Part shown: positions 10,214 through 24,935 of the stretch, piece by piece
How the letters are laid out: each line of letters begins with the position of its first letter
Position numbering within the stretch: position 1 is the first letter of the stretch
NCBI RefSeq assembly: GCF_009914755.1
Contig: NC_060934.1
Reading direction: 5' to 3' (one strand)
DNA: 64,000 nt
Source of the DNA: the human T2T-CHM13v2.0 reference genome, Homo sapiens
Notes under the pieces: generated by a model
The model's database searches: none
Told to the model about the DNA's origin: nothing
Seen by the model: the letters and a program-made list of their open reading frames with translations, nothing else
Position numbers and translations under genes: made by a program

Positions 10214-11363
10214 GAAGAGCAGTAAACCTCACGAAGACATCATTGGTATCAGGTCTCAAAACCAAGGTTCTTTGGCCCAGGGAAAGAATTTTTTAATGAG
10301 CAAATTTTCATCTCTAAATCAAAAAGTGAAGCAGACCAAATCCAATGTAAATATTGGCAACCTCCGAAAGCTAGGAAACTTTACCAAACCTGAAATGAAA
10401 GTTAACTTTCTAAAACCAAACTTAAAAGTAAATCTTTGGAAATCAGATAGTAGTCTTGAAACTATGGAAAACACAGGAGTGATGGATAAGGTTCAGGCAG
10501 AGTCTGATGGGGACATGTCTTCAGATAATGACTCATACCACTCTGATGAATTCCTTACAAATTCTAAGTCTGATGAAGACAGGCAGCTAGCTAACTCATT
10601 AGAGAGTGTAGGGCCAATAGATTACGTTCTTCCTAGTTGTGGTATTATTGCCTCAGCGCCTCGATTGGGCAGTCGGTCCCAGTCTCTTAGCAGCACAGAT
10701 AGTAGCGTTCATGCTCCTTCAGAGATTACTGTTGCTCATGGGAGTGGGCTTGGAAAAGGCCAGGAGTCTCCTTTGAAGAAAAGTCCTTCTGCTGGCGACG
10801 TACACATATTGACTGGCTTTGCCAAGCCTATGGATATTTACTGCCACAGATTTGTGCAAGATGCACAGAACAAAGTGACCCACCTATCAGAGACCAGATC
10901 TGTGTCTCAGCAGGCTAGTCAGGAAAGAAATCAAATGACCAATCAAGTTTCAAATGAAACCCAATCAGAATCAACAGAACAGACACCTTCTCGGCCATCG
11001 CAATTAGATGTCTCTCTTTCTGCAACAGGCCCACAGTTTTTGTCAGTTGAGCCAGCGCATTCAGTTGCATCTCAAAAAACCCCCACCTCCGCTTCCAGCA
11101 TGCTTGAACTTGAGACAGGGCTTCATGTAACTCCTTCTCCTTCAGAGAGCAGTAGCAGCAGAGCAGTCTCTCCCTTTGCCAAGATTCGAAGTTCCATGGT
11201 CCAGGTTGCTAGTATTACCCAAGCTGGATTAACCCATGGGATAAACTTTGCAGTGTCAAAAGTTCAGAAGAGTCCTCCAGAACCTGAAATCATTAATCAA
11301 GTCCAGCAAAATGAACTTAAAAAGATGTTTATACAATGCCAGACACGGATAATTCAGATTTAG
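10214..11363 (+). CDS. INPP5F: INPP5F terminal coding exon (Ser-rich C-terminus ending CQTRIIQI*)
   Basis: ttgtag| acceptor at 10213; long ORF 10272-11363 with recognised SAC2 C-terminus. Confidence 0.96.
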
Positions 11364-12730
11364 CTTTTAGCCATAAGAATCCTTCCATGGCTTTTATTTA
11401 AAAATATGAAATTTTCACCTCTTGGGGTATTTTAATTGTACTGTCTGAACCCAGGGATCACAAATTCTGTTCATTGGAAAGGGTTTTAAACGGAGTCGGA
11501 ACCTGAGTAGATTTCCAAATTTTACAGCCAGGACTACAGAAGTGCATCATTCTAGAATGTGTAGACCTGAGTAGCTTATACACTACAGAGCACTTTGCTT
11601 ATTTGAAAGTAATTCAGCAACAGGTCACTTTGGGATATAACCTGAACCTTTTTTTGGAGTGGGGTGGGTAGACTACAGTAGACACAAGGGCTGGACATGC
11701 AGATGCTTAGGGGATTAGCGTTTTTCATAATTTGTTCTGTTTGTCAGTTCATTCCTGTGTGTTCTTACCTCTACAAAGTAAATTACACATTTAGTTTTTA
11801 GTGACTTTAACATGTTACTGAAGCATTTGAATATAAAGCTATTTTAGTTTTGATGGCTTAACTGTTCCCTGAGGAGTTGAGGGTTATTGACACTAGAGAA
11901 ATGAATTCTCATTTGATCCTAATTTTCCCCGTATTCTACTTGAACACATTAAAAATACTCTGCTGCCTATACAATGTAAACCTAGGAGCATTAAGACTTG
12001 TCACACAGTAAACCTGATACATCAGAGGTGAATACCAGCACCTATTAGGTTTCATTTTGCTGTTTTCAGGAATGTAAGAACACCCATATTGGCTACTGGA
12101 AATTCTAGCAGTCAGTCAGGTTTTAATTTATTCCAGGAGGGGCATCCTCGACATCTTATGTAGATGATCCACAACTTCAAAATTTAGTCTGGGCCTAGTG
12201 CAGTGGCTCACACCTATAATCCCAACACTTTGGGAGGCCAGGAGTTTTGAGACCAGCCTGGGAAACATCTGCCTCTACAAAAAAATACAAAAATTAGCTG
12301 GGCATAGTGGTGCATGCCTGTGTTTCTAGCTACGCAGGAGGATTGCTTGAGCCCATGAGATTGAGGCTGCAGTGAGCTGTGATCGTGCCACTGACCTCCA
12401 GCCTGGGGGACAGAGCAAGACCGTGTCTCAAAAACAATTTAGTCTGAAACACAATTGTGCTGAATCTGTCTGACTATAACTCTGACCACACAGAACCAGG
12501 GCTGCCCCTGTAATCCCCACAGTAAGAAAGTTGTATGGCATATTCCAACAAGTATTGGTTCGTCTGGTGTCTTTAGAGCTTTACTCTGTTGAAGTGACTG
12601 ATTCTCAACTGAACATTATGTCGTTACTTTGATAAGCATTCCACTTTTGTTATTTATTAGTGCTATCTTTTTTTTTTACGTGTTAAATCTTGTGATTATT
12701 AAAATAAAGTACCATTGTAATTTAAAGTGA
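11364..12730 (+). other. INPP5F: INPP5F 3' UTR with AATAAA at 12703-12708
   Basis: Follows stop codon; canonical poly(A) signal; exact cleavage site inferred. Confidence 0.75.
12191..12435 (+). mobile_element. AluJ-like element in INPP5F 3' UTR
   Basis: Sense Alu with deletions; flanked by aatttagtctg repeats (TSD). Confidence 0.85.
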
Positions 12731-13374
12731 CAAATGGGTATGAGAATTCCTTGCATAACAGATTAAAGAATTTGTAAACGGCAGATTTGCTATAACTGAA
12801 CACTTGGTCTAGCTGTTGCCAGTATGTTACTCCTTTGAAATATACTCATGATGTAAAAAGGGAAATGGATCAGAAACTATACTTTAAATCCAAACATTCA
12901 AAACTGAATGCTTGCTTCTACCAACTTTTCTTCCGGGTCCTGAAAATATTAAGGGTTCCCAACATGGGAGAAAATACAACCCAACATTAGGTGATAAAAT
13001 ACACGTTTAAACTCTACAGAAATTAGTTCGAAAGAGATCTTTGAAAAATCATTTTAAGAAGGCAAAGTTCCAAACAGGGTTACACAGGAGTCTACTCAGT
13101 TTCCTGGCCATACAGGATTAACGCTGTGCCTTACGTTAGAGCAACAAACTTGACTGTCCGTGTATATATAGGTGAGGGACAAAGGGTTTCTGCAGCCAAG
13201 CACTGCACTCCATTCCGCTGCCTGGGCGGGCCTTGAGCAGGAAGGTCCCTCTTGCACCACCTCCTCCACTTCAGTTCAGCTCTCTCATGTCTTCCACCAA
13301 GAGGACATGGTCTTTTTCCACACAGATCACATGGGATGGTGAATCTTCTTACTCATGAAAAACAGCCCAAGGTA

Positions 13375-15056
13375 CTGCTAATTTGGGACGTTTTATTTAT
13401 TGGAAAGGTTCTTTCAAGGGAACTTTTCTGCAAGACCAAGCAATGTATGTATTTTTCTTTGGTAAATTACAAGTTACATTGGCACAAAAAACACATGGTG
13501 ACTAATGTACTTTGCTCTAGGACAATTAAAGAAAATGTATTTTATCCTCACAAATCCAGTGAAGCCTTCATTTTATTTCTAAAAGTTTAAGGAAGGTCTA
13601 GTCTACCAGTTATAAAAATGAAAACCAGTTCAACTCTAATATAAACATTATTTACATTTGTTTATAAAAATAGATTTGAGTTTAGGAAAAGTTGAACAAC
13701 TAGTTATTTTTACTTCAGTTATTAGGTACAATGAATTCCTTGATTTTTCAAGGCTGACCCTGTTTCCTTGGTTAACAATTTCAATTTAGGCCTTATAGGA
13801 AAAAACGTAAGGGATCCTTTATCTGCCTCCAACTAGGTAAGTTATTTGATACCACTGACAGCTTAAAAAGTAATGTCCTAACCTTTCTGAAGATTCTGGT
13901 TGCCATAACCATGCTACTACAGTCTGTTGTTAGTTTGCTCTATTAAAACTAATTGGTCTGGAGAAAACCTACCTGCAGTTGTACGAGGCTGTTACTGGAG
14001 TAGCAGATGTTAGCTGATCTAACATACTTGGAACCAACTGATGATCCCATAAAAAATGCCAAAAATCCAATAGAATCAAAGCAACTCAATGACATTTAAG
14101 AAAATAAAAACTTTCTAAAGGGGGTATTGCTTTTTAAGTTTCCTATTTTGTTTTCATATTTGGGCACAGCTTTGTAGCACAGCATTCCCTTATGCATGGT
14201 TCTCAAATGCACTGGGATAGGAGAAAATAAAGACAATGTAGTGTCTTGGTTTCTTTTGCCCCCAAAAGCCACATTCATTCCGTTTAAAGGACTCCTCTTA
14301 TTCAGAGATAGATTGTCCTTTCCTTTTATGAAAAAAATGGTGATAATACAGTGATTTATTCGGATTACTTGGCAAGGTAAATTGGCAACCTTATAGTACC
14401 CCAGATTTTTGGAAATATTACTACCGGTCCATAAAATACAAAAGTCTGGGAACCACTGCCATGTACAAGTTTAGTTTTGCAGGCTGTTAACAAATGTTAA
14501 GTGGGAAAAAGTTTCTGTGGCCAAACATCTGGGAAATGACAGTACAGAATTTCATGTAGTCATGTGAATCAATGGCAAGTACGCCTCCGTTCCCCAAAGA
14601 TGGACTACTGAATGCACCCCAACCCACTGTGAACTGGAAAAACAGAGAACTAGAAAACATAAGAAATCCGAAGCACGATTCCTCTGACTTTGAAACTGCA
14701 ACAACCTTCTTCATTTCAGCATTTCAACAGTCTGGCCTATGACTCAGCTGAAGCTAAGGAAATGGTACAATCAGCAACATTATCAATATTAAACTTTTAA
14801 TATCAAATACTTTTTTTACATCATTACTAATTTATATAATTATTATAAAACAAACTTCAAAAGCTCCATGAAATCAGTAAGGTAAAAGTCCTTACTGAAT
14901 ATCATATAAACATCAGGTGTTACCAGGCTTGATTTCAGGAAATGTCACTGGTTTGTGATAGAAATTACCTATAAAACAATGTGGTATAAATGAATATCTG
15001 AATTTTACAATTATGTGGCTACAGTTTGCCCATTACTCTTCATAGGTATTACATCT
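13375..15056 (-). other. MCMBP: MCMBP 3' UTR (to overlapping AATAAA signals at 13392-13401; may extend further)
   Basis: Downstream of stop; tttatttatt on + equals overlapping AATAAA on -. Confidence 0.6.
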
Positions 15057-15183
15057 TTAAAGTTCATTTCCATTCACACATTTTTGCTGCTGAAGCCTCG
15101 TTCTTCTTAAAGACTCTAGCTGCTTTGCTCTCAGCCATCGTTCTCTTGACAGCGTTGTCTGACCAGCACTGAGAGACAGACAC
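15057..15183 (-). CDS. MCMBP: MCMBP exon 16, [41 protein letters not shown]
   Basis: ccag| acceptor; TAA at 15057-15059; frame continuous. Confidence 0.95.
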
Positions 15184-15594
15184 CTGGTTTGAAACACAGA
15201 AACAAATTTAAGTCTAGAGCTGGGATAGTAAGTTTTAAATTTTTTTTAAGACCTAGGAATACTTTGTGAAAACACAGAGCACGTTAGGAGACAAGACCGT
15301 ATGGTAGTTACACACAAGTCAACAGCCAAGTTAGGCTTCTAAAAAGAAATCGTTGAAGAGTCAGAATTGGAAAGTGGCTCACTCTTTGAAGCTTAGAGAA
15401 CAAGCAGCATGCCTGTTCCACTGAAGAGATCACCAGCCAAACTCGATTCCCCCTCAATGAGCCCTTTCATACAGCGTTTTTAAAAGGAAAAGTTCATTTC
15501 CGTTTTTAGAATTCTGCCTCAGTTACTGCTGAATAACTCAGAAGACATATACACAAGCTTACCGAAACAGCAATAATGGACGTGCGCCACTTAC

Positions 15595-15683
15595 CGAGCC
15601 ACCACGAGCAGCTGGTGAAGATCATCAGCAGTGATGCTCTGAGGGTCGTTCTTCCGCATTTCCACAAAGTCATCTTCAACTGC
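15595..15683 (-). CDS. MCMBP: MCMBP exon 15, [30 protein letters not shown]
   Basis: aaag| ... CG|gtaagt; 89 nt. Confidence 0.94.
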
Positions 15684-16399
15684 CTTTATCAAAAGAGTAA
15701 ATGTAAATGATGTGCATTTTTGTAAGGAAAAGAAAATTAACATGGTTCCTTGACTGATGTAGTAAGGTGCATGTCAGCCTCTTAGACAAAGGAGGCAATA
15801 TGGGTGAAAGTACCAAAGCATATACATACATAATGCTGCTGATGAAAATAAAATAATGAAACTCAGATTCATTTAAGGTCAAGCAAACATATAAATCAGC
15901 AACTGGCATAGGAAACAATGCTTTTCCACAAAGGAAGAGTGATGTTAGTGAAAATGGCAGAGAAGGGACCGCAGAAAACTGTCTCTACTGTTAACACTGA
16001 TCAAAATCAGCTTTTTAAAAACTAGAAATAAAACCATACTTGCAGCAATCCAGAGAGCATTTATGCAAGAAAACCAGGTGATTATTGGTAAGAATGTTGA
16101 GCCTGGCAGCATTTTAACATGTCCTACTCCTAAATTCCAACCCCTTCCCCTCCAGGCGATAATTAGTAGCTTCAAAAATCAACAGCCTGGCAGCCACCGG
16201 AGAGAGAACAGGGCTAGGGCTCCTTCCAAGTGCCATTCCCGGAGAACTGTCATCTGACCACCTGTCTGGTGGCTCCCTGGAAGGACCCATTTGCAAGGTT
16301 GTCTTTATTTAACCTGACTGGAAGCCTGTCTACTATGAACCACCTCTTTCCCCAGGGCATTTATCAAAAACAATCGGAAGAAATTACCAATCACCTTAG

Positions 16400-19080
16400 C
16401 TACCTGAGACACTGGGTAACAGCTGCGGCAGACAGACTAACCCAAACCCTTCAATGGAAAAGCTAGCTGGGAAATGACATGTCTGTAGAGGGCTCTGAAA
16501 ACCTTAAGTATGTAACTCCTAGGAACTCAGAAGGCTGCAGACATGCTCAGAGACCATAGCTCCCACCTCTGCATGACCTGGAGGCTCTGTGCGAGCAGGA
16601 AATGAAGGCTAAGGCTTGTAAATTGCATGGCTAAGTGTTGAACTGAGGGCTTGCCCCAACTTTTATTTTTATTTATGATTATTATTCACCCGTAGACTGG
16701 GAGACTACTACCCAGCATTTAAGGAAATTTCTTTCCAATCATTAACCACAAAACTAACAGAGCAGAGACTTCAGTGCCCACATGTGACAAAGATACAGAC
16801 TTTATAGAATTAGTCAAAAAAGTTACTAAACAACCTACCAACAGTAACAAACAGCAACAACAATAAACCCTAGGGAGGTTTAATTTCCAGAGTAACTTCC
16901 AAAGCAGAGTTGCCATATTATATAATTTAAAATGTCTGGTTGTGGCTAGATGTGGTGGCTTACACCTGTAATCCCAACACATTGGGAGGCCAAGGTGGGA
17001 GGACTACTTGAAGCCAGGAGTTGACCAGCCTAGGCAATAAAGCAAGACCTCATCACTACAAAAAAAAAAAGAAAGAAAAAAAAAGAAAAGAAAAAACAAA
17101 AAAACAAAACTTTAGTTGGGCATGGTGGTGCACACCTATGGTCCCAGCTACTGAGGCAAGAGGATCACTTGAGCCCAGCAGTTTAAGGCTGCAGTGAGCT
17201 GTGGCTGTGCTACTTACTATTCCAGCCTGGGTGATACAGTGAGACCCCACTGACCAAATAAAATGTCTGGTTTTCAACAAAAAAGTACAAAGAAACCAGA
17301 AGGTATGGCTCACACTTTGGGGATAAGGGAGTCAGTAGAAAACTGTCCCAGAGGAAACTCAAACATTAGACAAAAAGACTCTAAATTGGCTATTTTAAAC
17401 ATTCAAAGAAATAAAGGAAACCACATAAAAAGAACTTCAGGAAAATATGAGAATCACCAAATAGAGAGTATCAATAAAAAGAGAGAAATAATTTTTTAGA
17501 AGAAGGAAATAAAAATTCTGGAGTTGAAAAATATAGTAAAAATTCTCTAGAGGTGCTCAGATTTGATCAGGCAGAAGAAAATCACTAAATTTGAAGATAA
17601 GTTCACTGAGATTAGTCTAAGAAACAGAACAAAAAAAGAAGAATGAGGGAAAATGAACAGAGCCTTGAAGACCTGTGGGATACCATTAAATGCAACATCA
17701 GATACACAGTGGTAGTGTCAGAAGGAGAGCAGAGAGAAATGAGGCAGAAAGAAACATGGCCAAAACCTTCCCAAACTTGTTGAAAACTTCCCCAAAATAT
17801 GAATTATTCTGCACCTCCAAGAAGCTCAACAAACTCCATGTAGGATAAACTCAGAGATCCACACATAGACACATCATAATCGAAACTGTCAAAAGCCACA
17901 AAATCTTGAAAGCAGTGACAGAAAAATGACTCAGTGTGTACAAAGGATCCTTATCAGAAACTAGTTGGCTTCTCAGTAGAAACCAGAGGCCAGAAAGTGG
18001 TGGGAGGACATATTCGAAATGATGAGACAAAGACTATAAACCAAGAATTCTACATCCAGCAAAACTAGCCTTAAGGAGAAATTAAGACATTCCCAGATAA
18101 ACAAAAACTTAAAAGAGGGCTGGGCGAGGTAGCTCACACCTCTAATTCCAGAATTTCGGGAGGCTAAGGAGAGAGGATCACTTGAACCCAGGAGTTCGAG
18201 ACTAGCCTGGGCAACATAAAGAGATCCCCTATCTGCACACACACAAACACACACACACACCCAAACAAAACAAAAAAACCCAAAAAACAAAGAATTAGCT
18301 GGGCACAGTGGCACATGCCTGTGGTCCCAACTACTCAGGAGGCTGAAGTGGGAGGATCGCTTGAACCTGGGGGGGTTGAGGCTGCAGTGAGCCATGATCA
18401 CAACACTGCACTCTAGCCTGGATGACACAGCGAGACCCTGTCTCAAAAAAAAAAAAAAAAAAAAAAAAAGAATTTGCACAAGTAGACCTGCCATGCAAGA
18501 AACACTAAAGACAGTTCTTCAGGCTGAAATGAAAAGATACTAGACAGTAACATGAACCCACATGAGGAAATAAAGGGTGCTGGTAAAAGTGATTGCATAG
18601 GCAAATAGAAAAAATAGTACAGAAGTCTTTTCCATTTCTAACTTTTTTCTCTAAAAGACAACTGCAAAAGCAGTAATTCTAAATGTGTTGATGGACATAC
18701 AATGTACTGAGAGGTAATTGTATGACAGGAGCACAAGGGAGAGGAGAAGGAACGGAATTATAAAGGGGCAAAGTCTTTGTATAATATAATTAAAATGGCA
18801 TTAGCCACACAAATTTTTTTTAAATTAAAAATAACTAAACAAACTGGCATTAATCCCTAATAGATGATTATACTAACATGTTAAGTTTATCCCCCAAAGA
18901 CAACTACTAAGAAAATAACTTTAAGAAACTTCAAGGGATTAAAATGGGACACTGGAAAATACCTATTTCAAACAAAAAGACAATAATGGAGTAACAGAGG
19001 AATAAAAAAAGACATGACAGAAAACAAATAACAAAATTACCTTATCAGTAATTATGGTAAATGTAAATTGGTTGCATACT
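16400..19080 (+). mobile_element. Degraded L1M 5'/ORF1 region interrupted by two Alus (about 16945-17260 and 18118-18470)
   Basis: ORF1-like motifs (gaaaatgaacagagccttgaagacctgtgggatacc, gaagctcaacaaactcc, agaggccagaaagtggtgggaggacatattc, gaaattaagacattcccagataaacaaaa). Confidence 0.75.
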
Positions 19081-19123
19081 GCAATTCAACACAGGGAAAT
19101 CCTTTATTTTAACCTAGACATAC

Positions 19124-19288
19124 CTTGGTTATTTCATCAGATATGCTATATTCCAAGAATCTCAAAAGAGTTAGATAAATGCGGAATTTGTTCAGCACGG
19201 AAGGCAGCACCGCTGAGAGAAGGCTGTTCATGTACTCCTCCATGTTTGGTGGAATTAGCTGGGGCTGTAAGTGAATCTGGCAGTCTGC
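19124..19288 (-). CDS. MCMBP: MCMBP exon 14, [10 protein letters not shown]...SDEITK
   Basis: ttcag| ... AAG|gtatgt; 165 nt; in ORF 19109-19309. Confidence 0.95.
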
Positions 19289-19424
19289 CTGAAAAGAGAA
19301 GGAGTACACTGTATTTTCTGAGTTCCTAAATTAATCTACATTTTTAAAGAAAGATGCATCATCTCTGTCAGCCCCTATGGGAATTAGAAAATACCACTTA
19401 TTATTTAGGGGGAGGGAATAATGT

Positions 19425-19715
<291 letters not shown>

Positions 19716-20464
19716 TGAGCATCTATTTTTAATATTAATTTACATGCTTTATAACTACCTCAGAAATAATTATGAAAGCTTTTTCTTGGTTACTTATGTT
19801 TCCTCAATGGTATCAGTAAGCACACAAAAATGTAGCCAACCTCTAAAAAGCAGCTAATTAAAAAGGTCTATCAATACTTGCACACAGAAAACATATCCTT
19901 GAGCCATTTCATTCTTAGTCAAAGGCGGTTTCTCATCAATCGCAGGTGAATACTATTATTCAGAGACTACACACCATTTGACAACTGGGAGCATTTCCCA
20001 TCATCCACAGAATTAAAAGCTCTCTTTACCAGCCACTCTGAAGACATACCAGAGCATTTCACCACAAAGCATGAAAATAACTACCAAGTGACCAAGGACA
20101 TTTTAAAAGAACTCTGAAATATTTTTCACATAAGATTAGCAGAAAACAATGGGTCAAAGGTAGCAAGAACAGAAGTCTGGATGTTAAAATCAGGCAATCT
20201 CGCTATGCTCAGATGTGGGTGTTTCTGCTGCCAACAGCCTTGCTGGTCTCATGACTTGCTGATACCTGAGCTTGGTAGATGTAAGGTTTTCATCCATGGC
20301 AGTGCAAAATACTCAATTCCCTTAATGATCAGCAGTCACAGTTTTTTTTTTTTTTTTTTTTTTACAACAAATGTAACTTATTAATAAGCGGTACCAAGAA
20401 ACAGCAAAAATGTAGGTATTTTTCCAATGTCAACCTCCCTCCATTTAAAAATGACTCATCATAC

Positions 20465-20598
20465 CGGGAGGAGTGACCTCCCCTCCGAAGTAATGAAAAC
20501 GTTAATATTGCAGGGGAATTCCATCTGATGGTAGCTGAAGTCATAATCCACCTTCTGCCACGTTATGAGGTTGCTCAGGGCTGTCACATTATGAACAC
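20465..20598 (-). CDS. MCMBP: MCMBP exon 13, [10 protein letters not shown]...EGRSLLP
   Basis: tgtag| ... CCG|gtatga; 134 nt. Confidence 0.94.
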
Positions 20599-21195
20599 CT
20601 ACAAAGGCAGGAAAACACTTTCAGTCATTTGACTTTAATCATCTAAACACATCAGTTTTGCTGACACCGATGATGAGCCATGAAGTTTCTACCACTTTTA
20701 ATAAAGGGTATGAGGCGCTGTCCAGTTTACTAAGCTAAACGTCACTAAGTGTGTAGGCTTACAACAGTCTTGGTCAAGGTAGAACTTTCTGGGGGCAGGC
20801 GATACCCCCGCAAATCTAATACCTAGCATCTGGTATGCACCTAGACATAAAATAGTTCCCAAGTATGATTATTTCTAAGTGGTGTATTTACAGGGCTAAA
20901 CCAAGGAAACACTAAAACTACCGTCATACATAGATCAGCCTAGTGAATTTTACAGATTTTATATTCCCCTTTGCCTTAAACATGCCCAGTCTACCTCATT
21001 TTTTCTTCTACCTTTACCTCTTGAGCTGATCGCCAGCAGTGTATTCTTAATTGTCTTCATTTGAGCACTGGTAAACAATCTGCTTTCTTGTGATTTTATA
21101 ATATATTCCGCAACTGAGGTTAGTGCAAACCATTTGATCTATTATTTCTCAGACATTCTCTGAAAACCATTTACAAACTTTACAACGGGAGGTTA

Positions 21196-21580
<385 letters not shown>

Positions 21581-21721
21581 CCTTACACTCACTGAAAAAA
21601 AAATTTTAGGTTATATACAACTACGCAAAAGAACCCAACACTGTAGGCCCATAAAGACTGCTCCAACCATTCGCTGACACAATAAAACTTTTCACCAAAG
21701 AACCCTTACGACCCTCAACAT

Positions 21722-21887
21722 CTAATACTACCCTTTATATTACTGCTCCATTATACTAATACTACCCTTTATATTATTGCTCCATTATATAATATATAAA
21801 ATATATAATATATGATATATATTAAATGAGACATTATATATTATATATGATATATATTATATAAGATATATTATATAAGATATATAT
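21722..21887. repeat. 34-bp tandem duplication followed by AT-rich low-complexity tract
   Basis: ctaatactaccctttatatta(c/t)tgctccattata x2, then (TA)-rich sequence. Confidence 0.85.
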
Positions 21888-22103
21888 CTGTTCCATTGTA
21901 CTACTTTCAGAATACTATGGCAAAACATAGTTGGTGTATATAATTAGTTTATAACATATGCTTTAATCAAATTCATATGCCAAGCCTTTATCTTACGTTG
22001 TTAAATGTGAATTTGTCCATAGATACTCTTCTAAAAGTTATTCCTAGATCTGGCTTTAGTGCGAAGGAAGTCAGAAATGGAAGAGAAACATCTATGTACG
22101 TAC

Positions 22104-22269
22104 CTGGGGTATCCAGCTGCCCCTGTTCCAGGAGAGTCTCATCGATTACAAGGGAAGTATTGCTGGGCAGCTGGAGGAGCCCACTGACCAAGCGATTGGC
22201 TGTGTAGTCTTTGTGGGGAATGAATTTCAAATGGTTCATGTTCTCTATAGTCATCTGCAGACGAAAAGA
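22104..22269 (-). CDS. MCMBP: MCMBP exon 12, [10 protein letters not shown]...QLDTP
   Basis: tgcag| ... CAG|gtacgt; 166 nt; in ORF 21988-22275. Confidence 0.95.
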
Positions 22270-24411
22270 CTGCAAAGAGAAATTTTTTAGTGAACAAGAA
22301 TTTAAGTTTCCCTGTTTTAAGAAAATATGTACTTGGAATTAAACATTGTGTTTCATATGGAAAAAGTGATCTTATAAATTTCTAAGGGAGTAGTGATATG
22401 GTTTCTTGAACTCCAGAAGCAAAAATAGTATCTAGATCTTACATTTGAATTTCATCCATTTTATGAGCTACTTTATTCTCAAATGTCTTGTTCAATATTC
22501 TTGAAAATCAATTTTAATTTAACCAATGAAACAAATGGTAGATAACTGACATATAAATATTAAATACCCCAAAACCTAACCTCTTTCACCTAACACAAGC
22601 TAGCTAGCAAAAAGAAAATGTTAATTTTACTCTTCAAGACAGGGAGAGAAAAGCTTAATTTTCCTCTATATTCTTTGAGTTAAAATTGTATTCATTTATC
22701 ATAGACATTTTTGAACAAACTTTTCAGAGAAAAATCAAGGAGCAGAGCACACTGAGCTGTGGATGGACCTGCAGCTCTCAGGAGGTGCCTCCAGGACGCG
22801 AGCACCTTCTCACTCAGTGTTTAACGAGTAAGCGAACCATCTATGCTCCTCCTCCAGCTCTTGAGCCACCATTCCCAACACCCTCTGTGCTCTGCCTTAT
22901 ACACCAATCCATTCTTCCATCCCTCCAGCCTCAAACAATGTGGCAGGGATGGAGAAGAGGGTATGGTGGGGGAAGGCTGTCAAGGAAGAGGTAAGATATA
23001 TTGCGAAAATTTAGAGGAGTTTTGTGTATTACCTCAGTGATTCTAAGAAAACGGGGAGCTTAGGGGTGCTTAAATGACCTACCATGTATTAATTTATTTG
23101 TTGGTCTTCTACCTAAACTCTGTGAGGGCAAAGGATCTGTTTCAATAATTCTCAAAATGTGGTCCCGAGAACCCCCAGGGAATTGCTTAAACCCTTTTAC
23201 AGGGTCAATCAGGTCAAAATCATGCATGGATAAAAGATCCTTTCAATGTGCGAGACTAATGAATTTTACCATAGCAGACTATGGAAAGTTTACGAATAGG
23301 ATTTCAGATTCCACACTTAACTATCTTTAAGAAAATCTCATGTGGACAGTTTTGGTCTAGTATCAAAGACCACCACCCAGTTATCTGCAAAGGCTATCGA
23401 AACCATCCTTCCTTTACCATCTACTTTTCCATCTGTGTGAGGCCAGCTTTCCTTCATATACTTCAACCAAAACCTGAGACTACAATAGACTGAAGGCAGA
23501 AGCAGATACAAGCATCCATTGTCTCCTATTAATCCAGACATTGAAGAGATTTGCAAGAATGTAAAACAATGTCACCTTTATCACTAATCATTTTTGGCTT
23601 GGGAAAAGTTGTTTTTATAAAAATATTTATATGTAATTTTTTATTTTTAATAGGTGTATTTACTTTATCTTCTAGTTTGGTAAATTAATGATAAATATAA
23701 TCATAACGTGAAAAACAGCTCTTTGAGTATGAACACATTTTTCAGAGTGTAAAGTGAGTCTAAGGAGACTGAGAACTGCTGGTATATTCCAGTCCACTTC
23801 TGCTTCTTGAGGGCCTGGACGAGTGTTAGCACTGAGACACTGAATACATTCGGTTCAATAAAGATCTAGTGCACCCTCTTCAATTTCCAAAGAAGTGATC
23901 AGTATTTTCAGTCACACAACTAATCAGAAGCAATTCCCCTGTTCCCAAGATCCTACCACCACGCAAATACTGCATTCCAGATACCCTGGCAAATAAAGTG
24001 AGCTCAACTTTCCAAACAGGAATTAAAATTGAGGCAATGGAGATAAAGAACTTTATTACCTCAACTAAAAGAATTATGCTCCTACAATTTAGAGTTTATT
24101 TAGATTTAAGACTTTAGTGTACAAAAAGGATACCAAATTGGACAAATTGGTATCAAGAGAGTGTAATTTTAAGGGAGTTACTACAATTGTTTTGTTAGAC
24201 TTACAGAAATTTGTGCTTAGGCAAAAAGACAAAAAAAAGTGAAATGTTTAGGGGAACGTACATTTTAAATTATGTAATTTGGCAGGCTTTGTTTCCCCTT
24301 AAATAAGATCTATTAAAATCTCTAAGTTAAATATTTGAAGTGAATGAAAGACAGTTAGATGGATTTTTTAAGTGTGCTTAGGTTTATAATACATATTTAT
24401 ATTCATCTTAC

Positions 24412-24529
24412 TGCTGGAACAAGATGTTGAATAATTCGATACAAGTGTTCTGTGAAGGTACTATTCCGTGGGCAACCACTCAAGTTAACTGTAAATTTTC
24501 CTAGTGGAAGGACATCTCTTCTTGTATAT
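24412..24529 (-). CDS. MCMBP: MCMBP exon 11, [10 protein letters not shown]...HLVPA
   Basis: tctag| ... GCA|gtaaga; 118 nt. Confidence 0.94.
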
Positions 24530-24679
24530 CTAGAAAAGAAAGAAATCAATCAATAAGATGCTGAAGTGACTTCCTGATTTCTATCAAATAGCGAAGAATA
24601 GAAAAATTAGCTTAATATTGTCATTAAAAATAAACCAGAATATTCTGACCAGTTATTTTATCAGAATAACAGCAATAAA

Positions 24680-24935
24680 AGTAATAGCCAATATTTGTAC
24701 GTAAGTGCTGCTGGTCACGTGCCAAAGACCGTTCTGAGTATGTAAATGCTTCCTCATTTAACCCCTAACCATTCAGCGGTAGGTGCTGTTGTCTTTGCTT
24801 CACAGATGAGAAATCCGAGGCACAGAGATGATAATAAGCAACATGTTCATCTAAATGGAAGCTGACAGAGCTGGGATATGAATCCGGGTAGTTTGGTTCC
24901 AGAGCCTGTGCTCTCAACCATTATGTACTACTGTC
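24680..24935 (-). mobile_element. MIR SINE
   Basis: Core motif cacagatgagaaatccgaggcacagag ... agagctgggatatgaatcc ... ccagagcctgtgctctcaacca. Confidence 0.75.

Noticed and set aside
17973-18494. 173-aa ORF and similar ORFs (e.g. 35427-35855, 49841-50215, 53005-53394, 60632-61066)
   Set aside because: Translations of antisense Alu sequence.
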